Positions 37,967 to 48,153 of a stretch of 48,153 nucleotides of DNA are shown in pieces. The notes below the pieces were generated by a model. That model saw only the letters and a list, made by a program, of their open reading frames with translations. It was not told where the DNA came from and searched no databases. The first letter of the stretch is position 1, and each line of letters opens with the position of its first letter. Made by a program: the position numbers and the translations under genes. Source of the DNA: Thermomicrobia bacterium. Its GTDB lineage: Bacteria; Chloroflexota; Chloroflexia; Thermomicrobiales; UBA6265. The DNA is taken from assembly GCA_044464585.1 (NCBI GenBank), contig JBIQLF010000007.1:10304-58456 (forward strand), in the 5' to 3' direction.

Positions 37967-39454
37967 TCACCAGTCCGCTTCCGGATCGAGTGGCCAGATC
38001 GGACGGGAAAGATGCCGGAAGGGAAGCCGGGAAAGATCGGCTCCGGTGATACCCGGTCCCTCGACGAGCATGACTCGGGAAGCGATCGGCTCGAATGCGG
38101 CCCGGAAATGTCCTTTGCCTTTGAGCGCGATCACCCTCAACGCGGTTGGTTCGATCCCGAACGCGCGAAAGACGTTGAGATCGATCGGGGTTTCCGCCCG
38201 GCTGGAAACGAGGACGTCGATTCCGCCGATACGCACGATGGCGCTTGGACCGAGATCGACCGTTACCCCGGCCATCATCGGACCCGCGTTGACGTAATGC
38301 CCGTCGGTCAGTCTCCGGACCAACGCATCGACCGGGATCGGGGGGCCATGCAACCGGTCGGTTTTCGCGCCCAGCGACAGCCGGACGGTCGTCCCCGGAC
38401 CAGCCTGCTGACAGATGGCGACCGCCTCGGGATCGGCAACCAGCGCCAGCGCGGTATGTTGCGCTCGCTGTTCGAGCAGGAAGCGCAGGAGCTCGACACT
38501 ATCGCCGGGACCGCCGGTCCAGGGGTTGTCCCCGATATCGACCAGCACGAGCGGTTTGTTGTCCGATGCCAGTTCCCCGAGTGCGATCGCCGCGTCCTCG
38601 AAGGTCGAAACGCCGCCCAGAAACTGCTCGCGGATGTCCCATGCCCGATCCGCGATCGCTTCGGCGGTGTCCAGCGCGGGAGTGACATCGCCATCGGCAT
38701 AGGCGAGCACGCTGAGTCCGGCTTCCTCGACATCGGCGGGAGGAAACCCTCCCGCAATCGTGACGGCCAGTATCTCCGGTTTCGCTTCCCATTCATGAGC
38801 GCGGGTGATCAGGTCGCGCATGGGCAAACGATCGGTGATCATGCGCTGGGAGGTCGGCACCATGGGCGGTTTGACCAGCGCCGCCGCTGGTGTGATTTCG
38901 CCGCGCGCCAATTGCACGATCCGCCCACAGGCTTCCTCGGCGCGGGCGGCCATATCGACATGGGGATACGTGTCGTAGCCGATCAACATGGTGGCTGCAT
39001 CGACCATGCGGGGCGAGATATTGGCATGCAGATCGAGGGTCGCGACGAGCGGTCGTTCGTTGCCGATGAGCTCGCGCACCGATTCGAGGATCAGGGCGTC
39101 GGCATCACGATCGAGCTCGGAAACCATCGCGCCATGGAGTCCGAGCAGAACCCCGTCGATCGGTCCGGCGGTTCGAATACCGTCCTGGATCTCTTCGATC
39201 AGGGCGTGGAGGGTTGGACCATCCACCATTCCAGAGGGGGTCGCCCACACCGAGAGAATCGGAATCAGCTCGAATCCGAAACGTTCCGCTCCGGCGATGA
39301 ATCCTCCGAAGGTCGAATTGGTGGTTCGTTCTTGCCGGGTGATCTGTTCGCCGCGCCGGATCGTGGAGGCCATAAAGGCAGCCAGATCGGTTCGGACAGC
39401 GCTGAAGGCGTTGGTTTCGTGCGAAAGCTGAGCGGCAGCGAAGCGAAGCGTCAT
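37967..39454 (-). CDS. M81 family (MlrC-like) metallopeptidase/deacylase, second paralogue
   Basis: HETNAF, LHGAMV, LDLHAN, TYPHVD, DNP, HFR, RPIWPLD. Confidence 0.93.
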   Translation of the reverse strand: MTLRFAAAQLSHETNAFSAVRTDLAAFMASTIRRGEQITRQERTTNSTFGGFIAGAERFGFELIPILSVWATPSGMVDGPTLHALIEEIQDGIRTAGPIDGVLLGLHGAMVSELDRDADALILESVRELIGNERPLVATLDLHANISPRMVDAATMLIGYDTYPHVDMAARAEEACGRIVQLARGEITPAAALVKPPMVPTSQRMITDRLPMRDLITRAHEWEAKPEILAVTIAGGFPPADVEEAGLSVLAYADGDVTPALDTAEAIADRAWDIREQFLGGVSTFEDAAIALGELASDNKPLVLVDIGDNPWTGGPGDSVELLRFLLEQRAQHTALALVADPEAVAICQQAGPGTTVRLSLGAKTDRLHGPPIPVDALVRRLTDGHYVNAGPMMAGVTVDLGPSAIVRIGGIDVLVSSRAETPIDLNVFRAFGIEPTALRVIALKGKGHFRAAFEPIASRVMLVEGPGITGADLSRLPFRHLSRPIWPLDPEADW

Positions 39455-40309
39455 GCCAGCGGCGGAATCCCCAGCAGCTCGCGGGCTTGCGCGGGCGATG
39501 CAACCGGCCGGCCGATCTCACCGGCGATGCGGACCAGGCGTGCCACCAGCTGGGCATTGCTCTGGGCCAGCTCACCCTTGTGATACCAGAGGTTGTCCTC
39601 CAATCCGGTGCGCACATGCCCGCCCATGGTCATTGCCGCGACTCCAAGCGGCAATTGCGCCCGGCCGATTCCGCAGGCCGACCAGAGCGCGCCGGGTGGC
39701 AGCATCTGCACCATATGGACGAGCTGCTGGATGGTTCCGGGCGCGCCGCCGCGAACTCCGAGCACCATCTGGAACCAATAGGGCGGTTCGATGGCGCCGT
39801 CCTGAATGAATCGAAGACCGTTGGCGACATGTCCCGGTTCGAAGCATTCGATTTCGGGTCGTACGCCATATGTCCTCATGGATGCGGCCAGCTCGGTCAG
39901 GAACGACGGCGAATTCACGAAGACTCCGGCGCCGAAATTCAGCGAACCGCAATCGAACGAGGCGATTTCGGGCGCGAGTGTTACCGGTTCGGCGCGTTGC
40001 CGATCGGTCGTCTGTCCGGCGCCGCCTCCGGTGCTCATGTTGATGATGACATCACACCCGGCCGCGCGGATCAGGTCGCGTGCTTTGGCGTAGCGCGCGG
40101 GATCGCAGGTGACTTTCCCCTGCGCGTTGCGCACATGCAAATGGACGATGGCTGCGCCCGCCGCGGCGGCGTCCACCGCGGCTCCAGCGATCTCCTCTTC
40201 GGTGACCGGCAGCGCCGGATTCTGCTCCTTGGTCGGCCACGAACCGGTGAGCGCGGCCGAGATGATCAGCGGCTGGTGCAATGCGGGAGGATCGAGCGGT
40301 TCGAGCATC

Positions 40310-40317
<8 letters not shown>
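39451..40317 (-). CDS. Beta-keto acid cleavage enzyme (BKACE/DUF849, Kce-like)
   Basis: IISAALTG, NPALPVT.EEI, HLHVR, PEIECF, HVRTGLEDN, SNAQLV. Confidence 0.93.
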
Positions 40318-42467
<2,150 letters not shown>

Positions 42468-42471
42468 TCAT

Positions 42472-42548
42472 GGCGCGTTCGTCTAGCGGCCCAGGACACC
42501 GCCCTCTCAAGGCGGAGATCACGGGTTCGAATCCCGTACGCGCTACCA
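42472..42548 (+). tRNA. tRNA-Glu (anticodon CTC)
   Basis: Acceptor stem GGCGCGT/ACGCGCT, anticodon arm CCGCC-CTCTCAA-GGCGG, T-loop GGTTCGAATCC, encoded CCA. Confidence 0.97.
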
Positions 42549-42553
42549 GATAG

Positions 42554-42590
42554 AATCGCCCGCGTTCTCGATGGAGAGCGCGGGCGATTT
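42554..42590 (+). terminator. Intrinsic terminator after the tRNA
   Basis: AATCGCCCGCGTTCTC-GATG-GAGAGCGCGGGCGATT followed by T. Confidence 0.75.
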
Positions 42591-42643
42591 CCGTTCTGTG
42601 CGTTTCGAGGGACTGGTACGTTGATCGAGAGAGGGCCGAACAG

Positions 42644-43516
42644 ATGACGAAGATCTCCCGTAATGCCGAGCTCCTGGGATACCCAGCGGATGCCCGTTTG
42701 CTGATCGTCAACGCCGACGATTTCGGGATGTGCCATTCGATCAATGTCGCCACAGTCGAGGCGATGCGAAGCGGCATCGTGACGACCACCAGCCTGATGG
42801 CGTGTTGTCCGTGGGCCTGGGAGGCCATGAGCATATTGAAGGACGATTCATCTCTTTCGTTCGGTGTCCATCTCACCCTCGTCAACGAGATGCCGGGCTA
42901 TCGGTGGGGACCGGTGGCTTCGAGGGATACGGTTGCCTCGTTGGTGAATCCGGCTGGTTTCTTTGGCGCGCACGCCGAGATTCCGGCACTCTATGCGAAC
43001 GCGGTACTGGACGAAGTCGAAATCGAGTTTCGGGCGCAGATCGAGCGCGTGCTCGATTTCGGACTCGCGCCGACTCACCTCGATTGGCATTGCGTGCTCG
43101 ATGGAGGGCGTCCCGATATTCTCGATCTGACCCTCCGACTCTGCGATGAATTCGGGCTGGCGATGCGGGTGAATGGTGACGCGACGCGTGTGCGCCTCCT
43201 GGCCCAGGGAAAGCCCGCCAACGACTTCCCGATCGTGGACAGCTACAGTCTCCCGGTCGAGGGGAAATCCGGTATCTGGGTCCAGATGCTGCGCGAGCTG
43301 CCGGTGGGGTTGAGTCAATGGGCCGTGCATGTGAGCACTGGCGACGCCGAGGCGCAGGCGATGGAACCAGGCGGGTGGCGGGTGCGCAAGACCGATTTCG
43401 ACTTCTTTTGCTCGCCGGAAGCCCGTGCCGTGGTCGAATCCGAAGGAATCATTCTCATCGACTATCGGGAGATTCAGCGGCTCTGGGGATGCGCCGGTGA
43501 TGCCGGGCGTGCATAA
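42644..43516 (+). CDS. ChbG/YdjC/HpnK family carbohydrate deacetylase
   Basis: LIVNADDFG, TTTSLM, GVHLTL, E.RAQIE, PTHLDWH. Confidence 0.92.
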   Translation: MTKISRNAELLGYPADARLLIVNADDFGMCHSINVATVEAMRSGIVTTTSLMACCPWAWEAMSILKDDSSLSFGVHLTLVNEMPGYRWGPVASRDTVASLVNPAGFFGAHAEIPALYANAVLDEVEIEFRAQIERVLDFGLAPTHLDWHCVLDGGRPDILDLTLRLCDEFGLAMRVNGDATRVRLLAQGKPANDFPIVDSYSLPVEGKSGIWVQMLRELPVGLSQWAVHVSTGDAEAQAMEPGGWRVRKTDFDFFCSPEARAVVESEGIILIDYREIQRLWGCAGDAGRA

Positions 43517-43569
43517 TGCGCCGATTCGGGACCGAATGGCGGTTCCAGCACTATTCGAGGGGAAATAAG

Positions 43570-44136
43570 ATGGAGAGGATTCGCTGGTTATTCGCGTCTC
43601 TGATGATTGCATCCGCGATGATGACCGTGGGCGCCGGGGCGGTGGCCGCGCAGACGGGTACACCGATTACGGTGCCAACGGCCACCGCGAATGGTTGTGA
43701 CAAGGTCCCGGCGTATGCCGAGATGCGACAGAAGATCATGGATGAATTGATTGCCAATATCGGAATGGTCTTTCCGGGGGTGGCGACGCCTATTACCGAG
43801 CATGGCGATCAACTGGCCGTCGCAATGATGATTATGACGCCGGAACAATTGGGTCGACTGGCCCAACTCTATGACGACACGAGCAAGAAGATCGGAGAGC
43901 TTGCGGTTCCGGAGATTGCGTTCTTCTACAACCAGCAAGTCGAAGAACTCTACCGGGTGTCGGCCCTGGCTTTTGCCGAAGCGAAAACCTCCGATCTCGC
44001 GACAGCCGGTCAGCGCTTCGGGGCGCAATTGGGCGCGCTCGGCGCGGCTATCGGTGAGTACGGGGCGTCGGCCACCGCGGTTTGCCCGGCATTCGCGGAG
44101 GTCGTACAGGTCGATCAGACCCGGGTCGGTATGTAA
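43570..44136 (+). CDS. Secreted helical hypothetical protein with two Cys
   Basis: Signal peptide MERIRW...AVAA-Q, Thr/Pro linker, amphipathic helices, host-like codon usage. Confidence 0.75.
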   Translation: MERIRWLFASLMIASAMMTVGAGAVAAQTGTPITVPTATANGCDKVPAYAEMRQKIMDELIANIGMVFPGVATPITEHGDQLAVAMMIMTPEQLGRLAQLYDDTSKKIGELAVPEIAFFYNQQVEELYRVSALAFAEAKTSDLATAGQRFGAQLGALGAAIGEYGASATAVCPAFAEVVQVDQTRVGM

Positions 44137-44153
44137 CGTTCGAGCACCGAAGA

Positions 44154-44197
44154 CAATGCCAAAGCCCCCGGCCAGATGGCCGGGGGCTTTGGCATTG
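44154..44197. terminator. Bidirectional terminator hairpin between convergent genes
   Basis: Perfect 21-bp inverted repeat CAATGCCAAAGCCCCCGGCCA-GA-TGGCCGGGGGCTTTGGCATTG. Confidence 0.85.
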
Positions 44198-44203
44198 CAA
44201 TGA

Positions 44204-44542
44204 TCAGAAGTTGAAGGGGCTGCCGCTGTTCGGCGCACCGTAGCGATTGTTGCCCTCGGTGCCTTTCCAGACGATCAGGTAGATCGCGAAGAAGATATTC
44301 ACGATCGGGACAAAACCCAGCAGATAGAGCCACCCGGTCTTGTCGAGATCGTGCAGGCGCTTGATGCCCATGAAGATACCGGCGATCCCGGCAATGATCG
44401 AAAGAATTGCCTGAACGGTTGTGCCCCGATCTCCGAGAATATAGCCAATGATGCCGAAGATGATGGCGATACCGACGATCCAGATGATCCAGTCCTTACG
44501 CCCGATCCGCCCGTCGGCGGTGAAAATCTTCCCAAAATCCAT
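44204..44542 (-). CDS. DUF805 (YhaH-like) membrane protein
   Basis: F...GRIGRKDW, KRLHDLDKTGW, G..G.NRYGAP. Confidence 0.92.
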   Translation of the reverse strand: MDFGKIFTADGRIGRKDWIIWIVGIAIIFGIIGYILGDRGTTVQAILSIIAGIAGIFMGIKRLHDLDKTGWLYLLGFVPIVNIFFAIYLIVWKGTEGNNRYGAPNSGSPFNF

Positions 44543-44645
44543 GCGAAGGTCCCCTCTCTCCCGAATTTCTCCCGATGTGACGTTGCAGAAACCGCCGGAG
44601 AACCGTTGCGGCGCCGGGTACGGGAAACCAGCGGCACGGTTCGGT

Positions 44646-44830
44646 CTAGTCTGTCAGCTTCGGCACGCCTCGGCTTTCTAGCGCTTCCCGCATATCGCAC
44701 ATTGCCTTCGGTCCCACACCGTGAAGCGCAAAGAACTGGAGGGAACTGGCGCTGGCAATCGATTCGAGCGAACGACAGCCATGCGCCGACTTGCCGATCT
44801 CCCATGGCAACGGAGCCACGGCGGTTCGAG
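44646..44830 (-). pseudogene. Probable decayed small helix-hairpin-helix (RNAP alpha-CTD-like) DNA-binding protein gene
   Basis: Frame reads PLPWEIGKSA-HGCRSLESIA...FALHGVGPKAMCDMREALESRG, resembling LP.IG.PA.RAL...G...L..L...LHG.GPKA...L.EAL but missing the RAL segment. No clear RBS or start. Confidence 0.45.
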
Positions 44831-44870
44831 CGTTCACCCTTGGGCCGTCTTTCGATTCGTAAAATAACAT

Positions 44871-45059
44871 AGTCCCGACGAACCTCTGAACCTCTGCCAC
44901 CGCCCCCTGGTATCGAACCGAAACGCGCCCCGCAACGCTCCCGGTTCTCCGCCCTGGATTTTGCCATTTCGCCAGTTGCGATTCGGGCCGGTTTTGACGC
45001 CGGTGAAAGGCCATATGTCGAAACGTGGTGGCCGCCTCAGGTGCTCCTCGGGACCATGT
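44871..45059 (-). ncRNA. Candidate ~185-nt rod-shaped non-coding RNA (6S RNA-like)
   Basis: Ends pair (GGUCCCGA.GAGC / GUUC.UCGGGACU), with nested helices CUGA/UCAG, GCCACC/GGUGGC, AACCG/CGGUU and UCGCAAC/GUUGCGG. Dedicated promoter upstream and U-rich tail (UGUUAUUUU) downstream. Confidence 0.5.
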
Positions 45060-45065
45060 ACGTAC

Positions 45066-45094
45066 ACGATACGGAATCGTGGGCCGATTGTCAA
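45066..45094 (-). promoter_or_regulatory. sigma70 promoter pointing into the ncRNA candidate
   Basis: TTGACA (45094-45089)-N17-TATCGT (45071-45066); expected +1 near 45059. Confidence 0.65.
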
Positions 45095-45232
45095 GGGGGC
45101 CGTGACGTGAATTTCATAATCTCCGCGTAGGTACGCGGGTTTATTGACGTAACGGCCTAGTCTCTTCGTTCGAGAAGGGAACCGATCGATATCGATCCGG
45201 TGGCAAGAGCACTCGAGCGCTGAGCGCGCAGA

Positions 45233-45877
45233 TCAGGAGATATCGCCGACCGTGGTTTCGACTGTGATGGTGGCGCTGTACTCGGTGGGATAGACGCCGG
45301 CGGGGACGGTTAGGGTGAGCCCGATCGTTTGGGTTGCGCTTCCCGTGCCGCAGCCCGCGGCAACCTCGGCGATCTTCAGATTGCCGCCTCCATCGAATGA
45401 ATGACCTTCGGCACCGGTCGAGGCAATAATGGCGCCCAGCTCCGGGTCCTGGCAACTCTGACCCGACGTATCCAAGTCGATCTCACCGATCGTGGTGAGC
45501 TCGAGATAGCGATCCGGGATTTGGAATTCCACTTGATCGGAACCGGCGAAAGGAGGAACCGGTGAAACTGGCAAGAAACTGGTGGCGGAAACCGAGATAG
45601 CTCCGCTTCCACGCTCGGTTTGGGTGTCGGTATAGGTCAGTTGGAGGTTCAGCGTGACCGGAACATCGTCCAGCGCATCCAGCGACACGGTTCCAAATGT
45701 TGGGTCCGCCGGTTGGCCACCGTCATCGATTGCCTGCAGCAAAACCGAGAACTCGCCGGCATCGCTAAAGATGACCTGCACGTCCTGCGTTGCCGGTCCC
45801 TGAGCGAATACGGTTCCCATGGTGAGCATCAGCACGATCAGGATGCAGACCGGTCCGGAGATGGCGTATCGAAGCAC
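45233..45877 (-). CDS. Secreted WxL-like / pilin-like beta-sandwich protein
   Basis: Signal peptide (VFA-Q), GAGGAG RBS, FQIPDRYL, C-terminal LTLTVPAGVYPTEYSATITVE. Confidence 0.75.
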   Translation of the reverse strand: MLRYAISGPVCILIVLMLTMGTVFAQGPATQDVQVIFSDAGEFSVLLQAIDDGGQPADPTFGTVSLDALDDVPVTLNLQLTYTDTQTERGSGAISVSATSFLPVSPVPPFAGSDQVEFQIPDRYLELTTIGEIDLDTSGQSCQDPELGAIIASTGAEGHSFDGGGNLKIAEVAAGCGTGSATQTIGLTLTVPAGVYPTEYSATITVETTVGDIS

Positions 45878-45919
45878 CGTGGCTCCTCTCGTGGTGTCGG
45901 CGCGTGACCCGGGATGGTC

Positions 45920-47191
45920 TTACGGAATAACGACCGGCTCTCCGAGACTGGTGCTGCTCAGGATGGTGGAAACACCGGTTTGGCGGTCTTTCGCTTGTAC
46001 GCTCAAGGTGAACGCCCACGTTCCGGAAGACCAGCCATCCAACGGGATATACCGGTTCGTCACATTGGTTTCGCCCTGCGGCAGCGACAGGGGCGAAACG
46101 ACGACATAGTTTTCGACCAGCTCGCCGTCGCGGGTCACCTTCAGGCTCAACTCGGCATCCTCGAGTGGATCGCTGGTGTTTTCGAGGGTGGCATCGATCA
46201 GCAGGAATTGTGGCGACTCGGCATCTGGTTTCAGCGTGCCCGTTGCCTCGGTGAAGGAAACCGGGGGCGCGGCCTCGGCGTCGAGCGCGGCCTGGGTGGT
46301 GGTGGTGATGCGCTGGTTTTCGACGATCGCGGTCGCGCCGGTCTCCGGGTCGCGCAGCTCGATGGTGACCTCGTACTCGCCAGCGGGCAGCAAATCGCCG
46401 AATCCGTATTGGATGCGGCCGGTGTGACCAGCATAGAACGAATCATACGCCAGTTCACTAGTCAGGATCGGCTGACCGTCAGCGTTGTTAATGGTCAACC
46501 GCCCTTCGGGGCGCACACGGACATTGCCGCTATTGACGATATCGGCTTCGAGTCCCGACCAGGTTTTATCGATCACCATGTGGACGTTTTCGATGGAGAA
46601 TTCCGGATGTTTCTCTCCGGGAACGGTCAGATAGAACGCAATGGTTTTGCGCAGATTCTGCTTCATGTTAGGCACACCGGGAATAGGGAGTGGCTCCGCT
46701 GTTTCGAAGCAAAGCGCGGTGACATATTCACCCGGTGGAGTGTCGTTTGGTACCGATACGGTGAACGTGCGTTCAATTCCCTTTCCGGGTTCGAGGGTGA
46801 CGATATCGTTCGGAAATTCGAGCCAAGTGGTGGGAGGCATCTTTTCTTCGTCCGGGCCACCGGTTTCAAATCCGCCATTGAGCGCGGTGCGGACATCGAC
46901 CGCGAAAACGCGTCCAGTGAAATCGGCCTCACCAGTATTGGCCAGTACGACGGTATATCTCTTGTCGGTGCCTGCTTTCTGACTGACATCGAAAAAGGTC
47001 GAAGGACCACTGACCTTGGGGTAGATTCCGAATGACGGCAACGGAGCAGAGGCAATACTGCCGGTCGCGGGGGATGCGTTTGCCTCTGGGGTGGCTTCCT
47101 GAATTGCCAAGGTTGGCATCCTGCTTGGCATCAGGAGTAATGCCAGTAACAGTATCCCTGTGCTAGAAATATAGATTCGTCTTTTCCGCAC
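45920..47191 (-). CDS. Secreted DUF916/DUF3324-like (WxL-interacting, PapD-like Ig fold) protein
   Basis: Signal peptide. SFGIYP..FF...G...V.N...DV.T..NG...W....LEPG...FTV.VP...PGEY, then NSGNV.V.PEG.L.I. No C-terminal TM helix. GTG start 47191 after AGAGGA. Confidence 0.75.
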   Translation of the reverse strand: MRKRRIYISSTGILLLALLLMPSRMPTLAIQEATPEANASPATGSIASAPLPSFGIYPKVSGPSTFFDVSQKAGTDKRYTVVLANTGEADFTGRVFAVDVRTALNGGFETGGPDEEKMPPTTWLEFPNDIVTLEPGKGIERTFTVSVPNDTPPGEYVTALCFETAEPLPIPGVPNMKQNLRKTIAFYLTVPGEKHPEFSIENVHMVIDKTWSGLEADIVNSGNVRVRPEGRLTINNADGQPILTSELAYDSFYAGHTGRIQYGFGDLLPAGEYEVTIELRDPETGATAIVENQRITTTTQAALDAEAAPPVSFTEATGTLKPDAESPQFLLIDATLENTSDPLEDAELSLKVTRDGELVENYVVVSPLSLPQGETNVTNRYIPLDGWSSGTWAFTLSVQAKDRQTGVSTILSSTSLGEPVVIP

Positions 47192-47245
47192 GTTGGTCCG
47201 TCCTCTTTGCGAGCGAAGCAGATCGTTGCAGGATGTTGGTGAGTC

Positions 47246-47301
47246 GAGCCGGCGCGGTTCGAAACTGCCACGCCGGCTCACTGCACGGTCGCGAAGCGAC
47301 C
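47246..47301 (-). other. Two stem-loops after the first WxL-like gene
   Basis: On the minus strand GGUCGC-UUC-GCGACC and GAGCCGGCG...UUCG...GCCGGCUC. Confidence 0.55.
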
Positions 47302-47311
47302 CGGAACTCGG

Positions 47312-48118
47312 CTAGTTGAAGACTTGCTCGACGGTTAGTGTGCCCTCGTATGTGCCAGGGTAGACACCAGCGGGGACCTGTAAAGCAAGTTGGACCGTAT
47401 GAGTAGCCGAAACGAAACCGGAACCCTCATAGATCCAGGCGATCATGTGCGACCCGTTGCCTTCACCAAAGTTGTTGGCTCCACAGACTTCGGGCCAGAG
47501 GACCAATGTGTTGTCGGTGGTAACACGGCATGCAGAGGGGGCTGTCGCTCCGAATGCGCCACCGATATCGCCGACTTTATAGATTGCCTTTCCTGAATCT
47601 GCACTACCGGCAACGCGGGGGGCTCGCCCCGTGCTGCCGTTCCAAATTTGGCCGCTGGACCCCGTGCCGCCCGTGTATTTCACCTGCTGCGGGTTATACA
47701 TTCCGCTGATCGACAAATAGCGGCCGGGGATTTGAAGATTCACGTTCCCTGGAACGATATAGCCTGGAACTGAATCCTTGAACTCCATATATGCGCCGGC
47801 GGAAGTCCCATCTCCCAACTTCAAGTAGATGTTGCTACCGCTACGGTGCAAGGAGACGTCATTACCATATTCGACAACGAACTCGGCCGTACCTGCATTA
47901 ACGAGACCGTTGCCCTCCCCAACCGCATCGACCGGGACGTTGCCAAACTTCGCGCTGCTTCCAGATGCCAGGCCTGCAGACATCTGAATGGTGCTGCTGT
48001 CACTTACGTCGACCGACACTGGCATTGATCCGATATCGTCTGCTGTTGCCGGGCCGATCATCCCGAAACTCAGCATCAGCGCCGAGCCGATTCCCAAAAC
48101 CTTGCGTTTCCAGTTCAT
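47312..48118 (-). CDS. Secreted WxL-like / pilin-like protein (putative major subunit)
   Basis: AAGGAGG RBS, signal peptide MNWKRK...ATA-D, LQIPGRYL, C-terminal LALQVPAGVYPGTYEGTLTVE. Confidence 0.78.
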   Translation of the reverse strand: MNWKRKVLGIGSALMLSFGMIGPATADDIGSMPVSVDVSDSSTIQMSAGLASGSSAKFGNVPVDAVGEGNGLVNAGTAEFVVEYGNDVSLHRSGSNIYLKLGDGTSAGAYMEFKDSVPGYIVPGNVNLQIPGRYLSISGMYNPQQVKYTGGTGSSGQIWNGSTGRAPRVAGSADSGKAIYKVGDIGGAFGATAPSACRVTTDNTLVLWPEVCGANNFGEGNGSHMIAWIYEGSGFVSATHTVQLALQVPAGVYPGTYEGTLTVEQVFN

Positions 48119-48153
48119 CCTTGCCCTCCTTCGAGCATCGACCATGAACGAAT

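Noticed and set aside
19420-39454. Microcystin degradation pathway based on two MlrC-like genes
   Set aside because: M81 is a broad family, and no mlrA, mlrB or mlrD is present.
44299-45094. ORFs 44299..44967, 44351..44872, 44834..45094 and the N-terminal part of 44646..45014
   Set aside because: No protein-like composition or motifs. The region is better explained by the ncRNA candidate and the gene remnant.
42472-48153. Genomic island integrated at tRNA-Glu
   Set aside because: No integrase and no duplicated tRNA 3' end in the window. The GTACGCG match near 45131 is too short and belongs to a local hairpin.

Overview
This is a high-GC (roughly low-to-mid 60s % by eye), gene-dense bacterial chromosome segment. 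Protein style (Ala-Ser-Pro/Thr-Pro low-complexity tails, a TIGR03663-type gene pair, many Tat substrates) suggests a Chloroflexota (Thermomicrobiales-like) host, but that is inference. Housekeeping genes include rsgA, ftsH, ppk1, amt, folB, a metY-type gene and tRNA-Glu(CTC). There are two amine/amide catabolic clusters: a Liv-type ABC importer with class III aminotransferase, M20 peptidase, GlnA3-like gamma-glutamyl ligase and FluG-N-like amidohydrolase; and MetY/CoA-binding/BKACE/MlrC/acetamidase. I found no transposase, integrase, phage gene or CRISPR array. The most interesting items are: (1) a three-gene WxL-like/DUF916-like locus at the right edge that looks like an usher-less, chaperone-assisted surface fibre system with a mosaic composition; (2) a ~185-nt rod-like ncRNA candidate (6S-like) with its own sigma70 promoter at 44871-45059, outside any credible CDS; (3) a tandem GT-C pair in which the second copy has lost the conserved motifs and gained an NHL propeller; (4) foldback elements built from 7-bp G[A/G]GTC[G/T]T tandem repeats. 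All family calls come from motif recognition by eye; no database searches or folding computations were run.
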